Source: Rhodanobacteraceae bacterium | Lineage (GTDB): Bacteria; Pseudomonadota; Gammaproteobacteria; Xanthomonadales; SZUA-5 | Reading direction: 5' to 3' | Length of the DNA stretch: 64,000 nucleotides | Assembly: GCA_016713135.1 (NCBI GenBank) | Contig: JADJPR010000015.1 | Coordinates: 29,080 to 93,079, forward strand | In this document: in pieces, positions 54,022-63,684 of the stretch | How the letters are laid out: each line of letters opens with the position of its first letter | How positions within the stretch are numbered: position 1 is the stretch's first letter | The notes under the pieces: model-generated | What the model was told of the DNA's origin: nothing | What the model saw: only the letters and a program-made list of their open reading frames with translations | The model's database searches: none | Program-made: the position numbers and the translations under genes

Positions 54022-54163
54022 GTCCGCAAAGGACGCAAAGGACGCGAAGGAAGCAAGTGCGAGATCAAGCAGAACGGCGAGTTGGTGCCGTGATGGCATT
54101 CCGGGGCTCATGCCCGACGCCAGGCAGTTGATTTTCTTTGCGTCCTTTGCGTCCTTTGCGGAC
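54022..54163. repeat. Element E1: (GCAAAGGAC)n arm, core, (GTCCTTTGC)n arm
   Basis: gtccgcaaaggacgcaaaggacgcgaaggaagcaa (54022-54056) against ttgattttctttgcgtcctttgcgtcctttgcggac (54128-54163). The outer 23 nt are perfectly complementary. Lies in a divergent promoter region. Confidence 0.9.
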
Positions 54164-54256
54164 GAGAAATGATCTTTCCCTGGCCCCGAAGCCGGCACCC
54201 GGGAGTCGCGGCAGCCGGCACCCACCCGCGACCACGGTTTCTGGCATCGTTGGCCC

Positions 54257-55513
54257 ATGGACGTCGAACAACTGCTTGCATCGCGCGGGGTGCCGATGCG
54301 CATCGGCATCGCCGATGCGCGGGTCGCGATCGCCGCGGGACTGATGAACGCATCGCCCGCGATCGAGCGCGTGGCGCTCGACAGCGCGCGCGGGCGCAGG
54401 CTGGCGGAGGACCTGCGCATCGCGCATGCGCTGCCGCCCTTCGCCAATTCGGCGATGGATGGCTATGCGCTGCGCCACGCAGACCTTGCGTCGGGCCAAC
54501 CCCTGGCCTGCATTGGCGCCAGCCGCGCCGGCGCGCGCTACGCCGGTCAGGTGGGTGCGGGGCAGTGCGTGCGGATCTCCACCGGCGCGGAAATGCCGCC
54601 GGGCGCGGACACCGTGGTGACCCAGGAGAACACCAGCCGCGAGGGCGATCAGGTGTGCGTGCTCCAGCCGCCGGCCGCGGGCGCCCATGTGCGCGCCGCG
54701 GGCGAAGAATGTGCGGCCGACAGCCTGCTGCTGACGCGCGGCAGCCCTCTGGATGCGCGCGCGCTGTCGCTGGCCGCCAGCGCCGGGCGCGCGGAGCTCC
54801 GGGTGCTGGCGCGCCCGCGCGTGGCCATCCTGACCGGCGGCGATGAACTGGCACTGCCGGGCCAGCCGCTGGCGCCTGGCCAGATTTATGACAGCAATGC
54901 CGCGCTGCTGCACGCGCTGGTCGAGGAGGCCGGAGGGCATGCGCTGCCAGCGACCCAGGCCGCGCCAGACGATCCGCAGCGCCTGCTGCACGCCCTTCGG
55001 CGCGCCGCCGCAGCGGCAGACCTGATCCTGACCACTGGTGGCGCCTCGGTCGGCGATCACGACCACCTGCCGCAACTGCTCGCCGAGCACGGCAGCGTGC
55101 ATTTCTGGAAGGTGCGCATGAAGCCCGGCATGCCGGCGCTGTTCGGCGAGATCGGCGGCAAGCCGGTGCTGGCGCTGCCGGGCAATCCGGTCAGCGTCTA
55201 CATGACCTTCCGCGTGCTCGGCGTCCCGGCATTGCAGGCTCTGCAGGGCCATCCGCCGGTGCTGCCGCTGCGCGCACGCGCACGGTTGGAAGCGCCCTTG
55301 CGCAAATCGCATCCGCGCGCCGAGTTCCTGCGCGCGGTGCAGCGGGTGGATGCGGATGGCACCTTGTGCGTACGCGTGTTCACGCAGCAGGAATCGCACC
55401 GTCTGGTCAGTCTGGCGCAGGCCAACGCGCTGGTCTTCCTGGGCGAAGGCGCGGTGGACCTGCCGGCGGGTGCGCTGGTCGAGGTCGAGCCGCTGGAGAC
55501 CATCGGCGCGTGA
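54257..55513 (+). CDS. moeA: Molybdopterin molybdenumtransferase
   Basis: PPFANSAMDGYA, and TTGGASVGDHD in the MoCF_biosynth domain. 418 aa. Confidence 0.92.
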   Translation: MDVEQLLASRGVPMRIGIADARVAIAAGLMNASPAIERVALDSARGRRLAEDLRIAHALPPFANSAMDGYALRHADLASGQPLACIGASRAGARYAGQVGAGQCVRISTGAEMPPGADTVVTQENTSREGDQVCVLQPPAAGAHVRAAGEECAADSLLLTRGSPLDARALSLAASAGRAELRVLARPRVAILTGGDELALPGQPLAPGQIYDSNAALLHALVEEAGGHALPATQAAPDDPQRLLHALRRAAAAADLILTTGGASVGDHDHLPQLLAEHGSVHFWKVRMKPGMPALFGEIGGKPVLALPGNPVSVYMTFRVLGVPALQALQGHPPVLPLRARARLEAPLRKSHPRAEFLRAVQRVDADGTLCVRVFTQQESHRLVSLAQANALVFLGEGAVDLPAGALVEVEPLETIGA

Positions 55514-56640
55514 GCACGATCCGCCGCATCGATGTGCACACCGCGCTCGCGCGCCAGCGCGCCGGCGCGCTGGTGGTGGATGTGCGCGAAATCGGCGAAT
55601 GGGCCGCGGGGAGCGTCCCCGATGCGCTGCTGCTGCCGAAGAGCCGCTTTCAGTCCTCGCTGTCTGAATTGCCGCCGGAGCGTCGCGGTGACCTGCTGCT
55701 GCTGTGCGCCGCCGGCGCGCGCGCGACCGCCTGCGCCGAGATGCTGGCGCGCGCGGGCATCGCCTCGGCGACGGTGATCGACGGCGGCTTCCGTGCCTGG
55801 CAGGCGGCCGGCCTGCCGGTGTACCTGCCGCAGGACCCGGATGCCGACTTGCTGCGTCGCTACGCCCGCCAGATCGTGTTGCCCGAAGTCGGCGCGGCTG
55901 GCCAGAAGGCGCTCGCCGCGGCGCAGGTGCTGCTGGTGGGTGCCGGTGGGTTGGGTTCGCCGGTGGCGCTGTACCTTGCCGCGGCCGGTGTCGGCACGCT
56001 GCGGCTGGTGGACGATGACCGCGTCGACGAGAGCAACCTCCAGCGCCAGGTGCTGCACACCACGGCGCGCGTCGGCCAGCCCAAGGTCAATTCCGCCCGT
56101 GAGACCCTGACCGCGTTGAACCCGGCGCTGAAGGTCGATGCCATCGAAGCGCGCGTGCACTCGGAGAATGTCGATGCGCTGGTCGCGGGTTGCGCCCTGA
56201 TCGTCGACGGCTCGGACAACCTGGCGACGCGCTACTTGCTCAGCGACGCCTCGGTCAAGCATGGCCTGCCGCTGGTGTATGCCGCAGTCGAGCGCTTCAG
56301 CGGCCAGGTGGGCGTGTTCCACCCCGCCTCCGCGCGCGGCACCGCGCCGTGCTATCGCTGCCTGTTCCCCGAACCCCCGCCGCCCGAGCAGGCACCCAAC
56401 TGCGCCGAGGTCGGTGTGCTCGGCGTGCTTCCCGGCCTGCTCGGCCTGCTGCAGGCCAACGAGGCCCTGAAGCTGCTGCTCGGCATCGGCGAACCACTGA
56501 TTGGCCGCCTGCTGCTGGTCGATGCGCTCGGCGCGCGCTTCCGCGAACTCAAGCTCCCCGCCGACCCCGACTGCGCTGTTTGCGCCCCCGGACGCGCATT
56601 CCCGGGTTATGTGGATTACGCGGCGTTCTGCGCGGGGTGA
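55510..56640 (+). CDS. moeB: ThiF/MoeB-type adenylyltransferase with N-terminal rhodanese domain
   Basis: GTG 55510 overlaps the moeA stop (GTGA). Rhodanese loop CAAGAR at residues ~60-65. Then RYARQI.L.EVG..GQ..L....VLLVGAGGLGSP and two CxxC pairs (CYRC, CAVC). Confidence 0.85.
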   Translation: MSTIRRIDVHTALARQRAGALVVDVREIGEWAAGSVPDALLLPKSRFQSSLSELPPERRGDLLLLCAAGARATACAEMLARAGIASATVIDGGFRAWQAAGLPVYLPQDPDADLLRRYARQIVLPEVGAAGQKALAAAQVLLVGAGGLGSPVALYLAAAGVGTLRLVDDDRVDESNLQRQVLHTTARVGQPKVNSARETLTALNPALKVDAIEARVHSENVDALVAGCALIVDGSDNLATRYLLSDASVKHGLPLVYAAVERFSGQVGVFHPASARGTAPCYRCLFPEPPPPEQAPNCAEVGVLGVLPGLLGLLQANEALKLLLGIGEPLIGRLLLVDALGARFRELKLPADPDCAVCAPGRAFPGYVDYAAFCAG

Positions 56641-56695
56641 ACTGGAAGCGCCGGCATTCTTGCTGGCTGCGCGAGCCTGCCGAAACCGGTGCTGG

Positions 56696-56968
56696 CTACG
56701 CCTTCGGATGCAGCTTCATCGCCAACTCATAGCGCGCCAGCTGCTCCGGGGTGACGGTGGCCTGGTGGCGCGCCTTCCAGTCCTCGTAGGGCATGCCGTA
56801 GACCCGCTGCCGCGCGGCGTCCTTGTTCACTGGCGCGCCGACATCGGCGGCTGCCTGCTGGTACCAGTCGGCCAGGCAGTTGCGGCAGAAGCCGGCCAAG
56901 ATCATCAAATCGATGTTCTGCGCGTCGGTGCGTTGCTGCAGGTGCCTCGATGGCATCGCTGGTGGCAT
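56696..56968 (-). CDS. DUF1244 family protein
   Basis: TDAQNIDLMILAGFCRNCLADWY...YGMPYEDWKARHQ is the DUF1244 signature. The N-terminus and start are uncertain. Confidence 0.75.
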   Translation of the reverse strand: MPPAMPSRHLQQRTDAQNIDLMILAGFCRNCLADWYQQAAADVGAPVNKDAARQRVYGMPYEDWKARHQATVTPEQLARYELAMKLHPKA

Positions 56969-57162
56969 CGCGCGCGCCCTGCGCTTCGGGTTCGTTGCAG
57001 GCCATGGTTCGGCAACCTTCGATGACTGATGGGTGCAAGCCTAGCCGATGACCCCCGAACTGGCAGCCTCCGGCTTCTGCGACCCGAGTCCCGAGTTCAG
57101 GTACTCCGTGCATAATTCCGCGCTCACTCTTCTGGGCCGCGCTCCGGTGCGGGCAAACATCC

Positions 57163-58029
57163 ATGACGGCCAGGTTGCTGGACGGCAAGCGCATTGCCGA
57201 TGAGTTGATCGAGAACATCCGGCTTCGCGTGCGGGCACGGGTGCGTGCGGGCGAGGGCGCGCCGGGTCTCGCGGTGGTGCTGGTCGGCGACAATCCGGCC
57301 TCGCATGTCTACGTGCGCAACAAGCGGCGAGCCTGCGAGCGCGCCGGCTTCGTCACCCGCGACCACGACCTTCCGGCCAGCACCAGCGAGTCGGAACTGC
57401 TGGCGCTGATCGATGAGCTGAACGCGGCCGACGACATCCACGGCATCCTGGTGCAGTTGCCGTTGCCGCCGCAGATCGATGCGCGCACGGTGATCCAGCG
57501 GATCTCGCCGCGCAAGGATGTCGACGGTTTCCACCCGGAGAATGTGGGCCGCCTGGCGCAGCGGGAGCCGGGACTGCGCCCGTGCACGCCGAAGGGTGTC
57601 ATGACGCTGCTCTCGCACACCGACAAGCCGGTACGCGGGCGCGATGCGCTGGTGGTCGGCGTTTCCAACCATGTCGGCCGCCCAATGGTGCTGGAACTGC
57701 TGCTGGCAGGTGCCACGGTCACCGCGGCGCATCGGTTCACCCAGGACTTGCGCTTCCATGTCGAACGCGCCGATTTGCTCGTCGTCGCGGTCGGCCGCCC
57801 CGGGCTGGTACCGGGTGCCTGGGTCAAGCCCGGTGCGGTGGTCATCGATGTCGGCATCAACCGGCTGGCGGACGGCAAGCTGGTCGGCGACATCGAGTTC
57901 GCGCCCGCGGCCGAGCGTGCCGCCTGGATCACGCCGGTGCCGGGTGGCGTGGGTCCGATGACGGTCGCCACCCTGCTGCAGAACACCCTCGAAGCCTGCG
58001 AAACCGCCGTGCCCAACGGCCTGGCGTAG
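57163..58029 (+). CDS. folD: Bifunctional methylene-THF dehydrogenase / methenyl-THF cyclohydrolase
   Basis: [14 protein letters not shown]...[19 protein letters not shown]...GILVQLPLP...PGGVGPMT. Confidence 0.96.
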   Translation: MTARLLDGKRIADELIENIRLRVRARVRAGEGAPGLAVVLVGDNPASHVYVRNKRRACERAGFVTRDHDLPASTSESELLALIDELNAADDIHGILVQLPLPPQIDARTVIQRISPRKDVDGFHPENVGRLAQREPGLRPCTPKGVMTLLSHTDKPVRGRDALVVGVSNHVGRPMVLELLLAGATVTAAHRFTQDLRFHVERADLLVVAVGRPGLVPGAWVKPGAVVIDVGINRLADGKLVGDIEFAPAAERAAWITPVPGGVGPMTVATLLQNTLEACETAVPNGLA

Positions 58030-58063
58030 ACTGCGCGCCGATCGACCGCACGGTTTTTCCCCA

Positions 58064-58927
58064 ATGCCCATTTCCTTTCCGCGCCGCGTCCTGCTGTTGC
58101 TGCTTCCGTTGGCGCTCGGCGCCTGCGCCTCGCTGGTCGATCGCGCCTCCGCCAATCTCGGGCGCCAGCTGTCGGCGGGCATCCTCGACCATGACGATCC
58201 GGCCACGGTGGCCGCGGGCCTGCCGGCCTACCTGCTGTTGCTGGACGGCCTGAACCACGATGGCGAGCCGAATCCGGCGCGCCTGTGCCTGGCGGCGGAC
58301 CTCTACGGCGCCTACGCCGGGTCCTTTGTCGACGAGCCTGAGCGCGCCAAGCGCCTGGCGCGGCGCGCCTTCGACTACGCCGCGCGCGCCGCCTGCGCCA
58401 CCGATGCCGGCTGGTGCGGCATCGAGAGGCGCAAGTTCGAAGAGGTCGAGGCCGCGGTGGCGCAGGCAGACGCTGGCCACTCGGATGCGTTGTTCTGCCT
58501 GGGCAGCGCCTGGGCTGGTGACATCCAGGCGCATGCGGACGACTGGAACGCGATCGCTGCCATCCCGAAGGCGCGCCGCGTGATCGAGCGCGCGGTGGAA
58601 CTGGTGCCTGACGGACGCGACGGTCAGGGTCAGTTGTATCTCGGTGTGATGAACTCGCTGCTGCCGCCGGCGTATGGCGGCAAACCGGAACTGGCGCAGC
58701 AGTACTTCGAGCAGGCGCTCGAGCGCTCGGGCGGCCGCAACCAGATGGTGCGCGTATTGTATGCGCGCCATTACGCGCGGCTGGTGTTCGACCAGGCACT
58801 GCACGATCGCCTGGTCGCCGAGGCGCTGGCGGCCGATCCGAAGGTGCCCGGGCTGACATTGATGAACACGCTGGCGCAACGTCAGGCGCTGGTGCTGCAA
58901 ACCACCTCGAAGGACTATTTCGAATGA
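58064..58927 (+). CDS. TatT-family TPR lipoprotein (TRAP transporter accessory component)
   Basis: Lipobox PLALGAC. Helical TPR-like protein matching the TRAP transporter TatT component family by eye. ATGA-coupled to the following DctP-type gene. Confidence 0.7.
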   Translation: MPISFPRRVLLLLLPLALGACASLVDRASANLGRQLSAGILDHDDPATVAAGLPAYLLLLDGLNHDGEPNPARLCLAADLYGAYAGSFVDEPERAKRLARRAFDYAARAACATDAGWCGIERRKFEEVEAAVAQADAGHSDALFCLGSAWAGDIQAHADDWNAIAAIPKARRVIERAVELVPDGRDGQGQLYLGVMNSLLPPAYGGKPELAQQYFEQALERSGGRNQMVRVLYARHYARLVFDQALHDRLVAEALAADPKVPGLTLMNTLAQRQALVLQTTSKDYFE

Positions 58928-59916
58928 TCAGGATGTACGCGCTGGCATTGTGCGCCGCGCTTGGTTGGGGCGGCATCGCGGATGCGGCGTCGCTCAAGAT
59001 CGCCACGCTGGCGCCGGAAGGCAGTTCCTGGATGCGCGAGATGCGCGCCGCCGGCGAGGCGGTGAAGACCGCCACCGCGGGCCGGGTGGAGCTCAAGTTC
59101 TTCCCTGGCGGCGTGATGGGCAACAGCGACACCGTGCTGCGCAAGATCAAGCTCGGCCAGCTCAATGGCGGCGCCTTCGCCGCAAGCGAACTGACCGCGG
59201 TCTACCCGGACGTTGCGGTGTTTGGCTTGCCTTTCATCTTCGAAAACGTGGAGGCTGTGCGCAAGGCGCGCACTGCGCTGGACCCGGTGATCAAGGCCGG
59301 GTTCGAGCAGAACGGCATGGTCGCGGCGGGCATCACGGGCGGCGGTTTCATCTACCTGATGAGCACCAAGTCGATCGCCACCCAGGCCGAGATCCGCGCC
59401 ACCAAGGTGTGGGTGCCGGAGGGCGACACCATCGGCCGCATCGCCTTCGAAGAGGCCGGCATCACCCCGGTGTCGCTGGCGCTGGGTGATGTCTACACCA
59501 GTCTGCAGACCGGTCTGGTCGAGACCGTCGGCAACACCACCACGGGCGCAGTGGCCTTCCAGTGGGCGACCAAGCTCAAGTACATGGTCGACCTGCCGGT
59601 GTCCTACACCGTGGGTATCCTGACCTTCGACAAGAAGGCGCTCGACAAGCTCTCCGCGGAGGACCGCGCGGCGGTCATCGCCAGCGTCGAGGCGGCCTTC
59701 GCGCGGCTGGAGACGCTGAATGCGGCGGATGACCTGGCCACCCGCGAGACCTTGAAGAATGAGGGCATCGCGATTGTCCCGCCGCAGCCGGAAGCGGCGC
59801 AGGCCTGGCGCGATGTCGGCAGCCGCACGATGGCGCGGATGCAGGACGAGGGCCAATTGTCGGCGGCCATCCTGGATGCGCTGAAGCAGGCGGGCGTGGC
59901 GGGCGGCAGCCGCTGA
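58924..59916 (+). CDS. TRAP transporter substrate-binding protein (DctP/TatP type)
   Basis: Signal peptide, then LKIATLAPEGSSW...ELKFFPGGVMGN...LGQLNGG, typical of DctP-family SBPs. Confidence 0.85.
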   Translation: MIRMYALALCAALGWGGIADAASLKIATLAPEGSSWMREMRAAGEAVKTATAGRVELKFFPGGVMGNSDTVLRKIKLGQLNGGAFAASELTAVYPDVAVFGLPFIFENVEAVRKARTALDPVIKAGFEQNGMVAAGITGGGFIYLMSTKSIATQAEIRATKVWVPEGDTIGRIAFEEAGITPVSLALGDVYTSLQTGLVETVGNTTTGAVAFQWATKLKYMVDLPVSYTVGILTFDKKALDKLSAEDRAAVIASVEAAFARLETLNAADDLATRETLKNEGIAIVPPQPEAAQAWRDVGSRTMARMQDEGQLSAAILDALKQAGVAGGSR

Positions 59917-60401
59917 TGAGTTACCTTGGCGTCCTGGCGCGGATCGTCGCGCGAATCGAGGACGCCCTGCTGGCTGCGCTCGGCCTTGGCCTGCTGGCCG
60001 CAGCGGCGGCGCAACTGGGTTTCCGCCTTTACGGCAGCGGCCCGGTGTGGCTGGATCCGCTGATGCGGCTGGCCACGCTGTGGCTGGCGCTGATCGGCGC
60101 GCTGGTGGCCACCCGCGAGGGTCGCCAGTTGCATATCGACGTGCTCGCCAGCCGGTTGAAGGGCTGGCTCGGGCACACCGCGCGGATCGTCGTCGCACTG
60201 TTCACGGCGAGCATCTGCGCCCTGCTGGCGCAAGCCAGCTGGACCCTGATGCAACTGGAACGCGAGGGCGGCAGCGAGATCTTCACCGGCGTGCCGGTGT
60301 GGATGGCGCTCGCGGTGCTGCCCATCGTGTTCGGATTGATGACCCTGCATGCGCTGGCGCACGTCGTGCGTGCGCCGCAGCCGCCCGGGCCGGCGTCATG
60401 A
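59916..60401 (+). CDS. TRAP transporter small permease (DctQ)
   Basis: 161 aa, four TM helices, located between the DctP-type and DctM-type genes. Start shares one base (59916) with the upstream stop. Confidence 0.8.
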   Translation: MSYLGVLARIVARIEDALLAALGLGLLAAAAAQLGFRLYGSGPVWLDPLMRLATLWLALIGALVATREGRQLHIDVLASRLKGWLGHTARIVVALFTASICALLAQASWTLMQLEREGGSEIFTGVPVWMALAVLPIVFGLMTLHALAHVVRAPQPPGPAS

Positions 60402-61681
60402 TCGTCCTGATTGCGCTTGGGCTGCTGTTGCTGGCGCTGATGGGGGCGCCGTTCTTTGCGCTGATCGGCGCGGTCGCGCTGCTCGGCTTCCACGACCAGG
60501 GCTATGACCTGGCCATCGTCGCGGTCGAGATCAACCGCCTTGGCGAGATGCCGGTGCTGGTGGCGATCCCGCTCTTCACCCTGGCCGGCTACCTGCTCAG
60601 CGAAAGCCAGGCACCCAGGCGCCTGGTGCGTCTGACCCAGGCGCTGGTCGGCTGGATGCCGGGCGGGCTGGCGATCGTCGCGCTGGTCGCGAGCGCATTG
60701 TTCACGGCGCTGACCGGTGCCTCGGGTGTGACCATCGTGGCACTCGGCGCCGTGCTGTTCCCGGCCCTGCTGCACGGGCGCTACAGCGAGAAATTCGGCC
60801 TCGGTCTGGTCACGGCCTCCGGCAGCCTGGGCCTGCTGTTCCGCCCCTCGCTGCCGTTGATCATTTACGGCGTGGTCGCGCAGCAGCTCAACACCAGCCC
60901 GCCGGTGTCGGTCGAGGACCTGTTCCTGGCCGGCATCATCCCGGGCGTGCTGATGTTGCTGGTGCTCAGTGTCTACGCGATCACCCAGTCGCCGAAAATC
61001 CCACGCGAGGAGCGCCGCTTCGTCCCGGCCGAGGCGCGTGCTGCGCTGTGGGATACGCGCTGGGAACTGCCGCTGCCCTTTCTGGTGCTGGGCGGAATCT
61101 ATTCCGGGCGGATTGCGCCCTCGGAGGCGGCCACCCTGACGGCGGTCTACGTCTTCGTGGTGACGGTCCTGGTCCGTCGCGAAATCCCGTGGAAGCGCCT
61201 GCCGCTGATCGTGCGCGAGGCGATGATGCTGGTCGGCGGCATCCTGCTGATCCTTGGCACCGCCTTCGCGCTGACCAACTACCTGATCGACGCCGAGATC
61301 CCGACCAAGCTGTTCGACTGGGTGCAGACCCACGTCAGCCAGAAGTGGATCTTTCTGCTCGCGCTGAATGCCTTCCTGCTGTTCTTCGGCATGCTGCTCG
61401 AAGGTTACCCGGCCATCGTGGTGCTGACCCCGCTGGTGCTGCCGATCGCCACCGGCTACGGCATGGACCCGGTGCATTTCGGCATCCTGTTCCTCGCCAA
61501 CCTGCAGATCGGCCTGTTCCTCGCGCCACTCGGCATGAATCTGTTCATCGCCAGCTACCGCTTCCGCAAGCCCGTCACCGAGGTGATCCGCGCGAGCTGG
61601 CCCTTCTTCCTGCTGCTGTTCGCCTGCGCGCTGGCGATCACCTATGTGCCGTGGCTGTCGCTGGCGTTGCTGGGGCGGTGA
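60398..61681 (+). CDS. TRAP transporter large permease (DctM)
   Basis: ATGA overlap with the dctQ-type stop. MIVLIALGLLLLALMGAPFFALIG..., 427 aa polytopic. The upstream part of ORF 60047.. is out-of-context read-through. Confidence 0.88.
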   Translation: MIVLIALGLLLLALMGAPFFALIGAVALLGFHDQGYDLAIVAVEINRLGEMPVLVAIPLFTLAGYLLSESQAPRRLVRLTQALVGWMPGGLAIVALVASALFTALTGASGVTIVALGAVLFPALLHGRYSEKFGLGLVTASGSLGLLFRPSLPLIIYGVVAQQLNTSPPVSVEDLFLAGIIPGVLMLLVLSVYAITQSPKIPREERRFVPAEARAALWDTRWELPLPFLVLGGIYSGRIAPSEAATLTAVYVFVVTVLVRREIPWKRLPLIVREAMMLVGGILLILGTAFALTNYLIDAEIPTKLFDWVQTHVSQKWIFLLALNAFLLFFGMLLEGYPAIVVLTPLVLPIATGYGMDPVHFGILFLANLQIGLFLAPLGMNLFIASYRFRKPVTEVIRASWPFFLLLFACALAITYVPWLSLALLGR

Positions 61682-61730
61682 AGCCTCCAGCCGCAACTTT
61701 GAGCTAAGCTGCGGACTCGGAGGTGCCTGG

Positions 61731-61940
61731 ATGAAACTGACATTCGAGGTCGAGCAGGAACTGGACGGCCGCTGGATCGCCGAAGTGCCTGAACTGCCCG
61801 GCGTTCTCGCTTATGGGGTGTCTGGTGCCGAGGCGATGGCCCGGGCGGAAGCACTCGCGCTGCGCGTACTTGCCGAACGCATTGAACATGGCGAGGTCGT
61901 CCCCATGGCGTTGCAGATCGAGCTTCCCACGGCGGCATGA
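61731..61940 (+). CDS. hicB: HicB-family antitoxin (short, UPF0150 domain only)
   Basis: RBS ggagg. MKLTFEVEQELDGRWIAEVPELPGVLAYGVSGAEAMARAEALALRVLAERIE. 69 aa with no DNA-binding extension. Confidence 0.8.
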   Translation: MKLTFEVEQELDGRWIAEVPELPGVLAYGVSGAEAMARAEALALRVLAERIEHGEVVPMALQIELPTAA

Positions 61941-62149
61941 GCACCTGGCCATCAGTGAGAGCGCGCGTGCTGCTTCACGCGCTCCTGCGAAAGGGCTGGG
62001 TGGTCAAACGGCAATCGGGGTCGCACCGGACACTCGCACATCCCGATTGGCCCGACTACACATTTCCGTTCCACGATGGCGACGAAATCGGGCCACGCAT
62101 GCTCGCCCGCGTGGCCAAACACACGGGTCTGGAGCCTTCGGATCTGTAG
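61937..62149 (+). CDS. hicA: HicA-family mRNA interferase toxin
   Basis: ATGA overlap with hicB. LLRKGWVVKRQSGSHRTLAHP is the HicA/YcfA signature. 70 aa. Confidence 0.8.
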   Translation: MSTWPSVRARVLLHALLRKGWVVKRQSGSHRTLAHPDWPDYTFPFHDGDEIGPRMLARVAKHTGLEPSDL

Positions 62150-62177
62150 ACGGACCCGGGCGTTCGCGCGAAGCGCC

Positions 62178-63641
62178 TCACCGCCCCCGCCGCGTGAACA
62201 GCAGGTACACCGCCGCGGCGACGATCAGGCCGACGAACCAGGCGTAGGTATAGATCGACACGAAGACCGCGGGAACGTCGGCGACGAAGCCGGCAGCCTT
62301 GAGGAAGCCCGGCAGGTTGGGCAGCACGCCAATCACCAGCGCGAGGATCGCCACCGGGTTCCAGCCGCTGCGATAGGCATACGCGCCCTTGTGGCGGAAC
62401 AGCGAGGCAATGTCGAGTTCGGTGCGGCGGATGATGAAATAGTCGGCCAGCATGATCCCGGCGATCGGACCCAGCAGCGCCGAATACCCGATCAGCCAGG
62501 TGAAGATGTAGGCGCCGGTCGACTCCAGCAGCTTCCACGGGAAGATCGCGATGCCGATGCCGGCGGTGATGTAGCCGCCGAGCTTGAACGAGATCTTCCC
62601 GGGCGCGAGGTTGGAGAAGCCGTAGGCCGGCGCCACCACATTGGCTGCCAGGTTGGTGGTCAGTGTCGCCAGCAGCAGGGCTGTCAGGGCGACCACCACC
62701 GCGGCGCCGCCCATGCGTCCGGTCAGCGCCACCGGATCCCAGATCGCCTCGCCGTAGATGATCACGGTGGCTGAGGTCACCGCGACGCCGACGAAGGCCA
62801 GCAGCGCCATCGGCAGTGGCAGTCCGATTACCTGGCCGACGATCTGGTCGCGCTGGCTCTTCGCGAAGCGCGTGAAATCGGGGATGTTCAGCGCCAGGGT
62901 GGCCCAGAAGCCCACCATCGCCGTCAGCGAAGGCCAGAAGGTGCCCCAGAACTGGCCCGCCTTGGGCTGGCCATCGGCGAACTGCGACGGGGTCGAGAGC
63001 ATCGGGCCGAAGCCGCCGGCCTTGACGTAGGCCCAGCCGAGCAGCGCCAGGCACATTGCGATCAGCAACGGCGCGGCCCACAGCTCCAGCCAGCGGATCG
63101 ACTCGGTGCCGTACTTGATGAACACCACATGCAGGGCCCAGAAGGCGAGGAAACACACCGTCTGCCCGGCATCGATGCCGAGCAGCGGCAGCTTGCTGCC
63201 GACGATGGCATCGCCCGTGACCACGTTGACGATGGTGTAGATCGCCGCACCGCCCACCCAGGTCTGGATGCCGAACCAGCCGCAAGCGACCAGCCCGCGC
63301 AGCACTGCCGGCAACTTGGCCCCGCGCACGCCGAAGGAGGCGCGCAGCAGTACCGGGAAGGGGATGCCGTGCTTGGCGCCGGCATGGCCGATCAGCAACA
63401 TCGGGATCAGCACGATCACGTTCGCGATCAGGATCGTCCCGACCGCCTCGCGCCAGGACATGCCCTCGCTGACCATGCCGGCCGCCAGCATGTAGGCCGG
63501 CACGCACACCACCATGCCCACCCACAGCGCGGCGATCGCCTTCCAGTCCCAGGTGCGCGCCGCCGGGGCGCTGGGCAACAGGTCCGCGTTCATCAGGTCG
63601 AAGTCGCCAAGGACCTTGGTGGGGGCTGGGGCTCCGCTCAT
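62178..63641 (-). CDS. NCS1-family nucleobase/allantoin/hydantoin:cation symporter
   Basis: DLLPS....RTW.W..IAALW......VP.Y.LA, then GHAGAKHGIPFPVLLRASFG and WFGIQTW motifs. ATG 63641. Confidence 0.88.
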   Translation of the reverse strand: MSGAPAPTKVLGDFDLMNADLLPSAPAARTWDWKAIAALWVGMVVCVPAYMLAAGMVSEGMSWREAVGTILIANVIVLIPMLLIGHAGAKHGIPFPVLLRASFGVRGAKLPAVLRGLVACGWFGIQTWVGGAAIYTIVNVVTGDAIVGSKLPLLGIDAGQTVCFLAFWALHVVFIKYGTESIRWLELWAAPLLIAMCLALLGWAYVKAGGFGPMLSTPSQFADGQPKAGQFWGTFWPSLTAMVGFWATLALNIPDFTRFAKSQRDQIVGQVIGLPLPMALLAFVGVAVTSATVIIYGEAIWDPVALTGRMGGAAVVVALTALLLATLTTNLAANVVAPAYGFSNLAPGKISFKLGGYITAGIGIAIFPWKLLESTGAYIFTWLIGYSALLGPIAGIMLADYFIIRRTELDIASLFRHKGAYAYRSGWNPVAILALVIGVLPNLPGFLKAAGFVADVPAVFVSIYTYAWFVGLIVAAAVYLLFTRRGR

Positions 63642-63684
63642 CAGACTGGCTCCGCGCGCTGTCGTTTCGATCCTGCGGAAAGTA

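Noticed and set aside
56969-57162. ZTP (pfl) riboswitch upstream of folD
   Set aside because: ACTGGCAG and CTGGGCC are reminiscent of the conserved ACUGGCG and CCUGGGC segments. However, I could not build the P1/P2 helices or the pseudoknot, and the 3' consensus CCGCCUGGGC is not matched.
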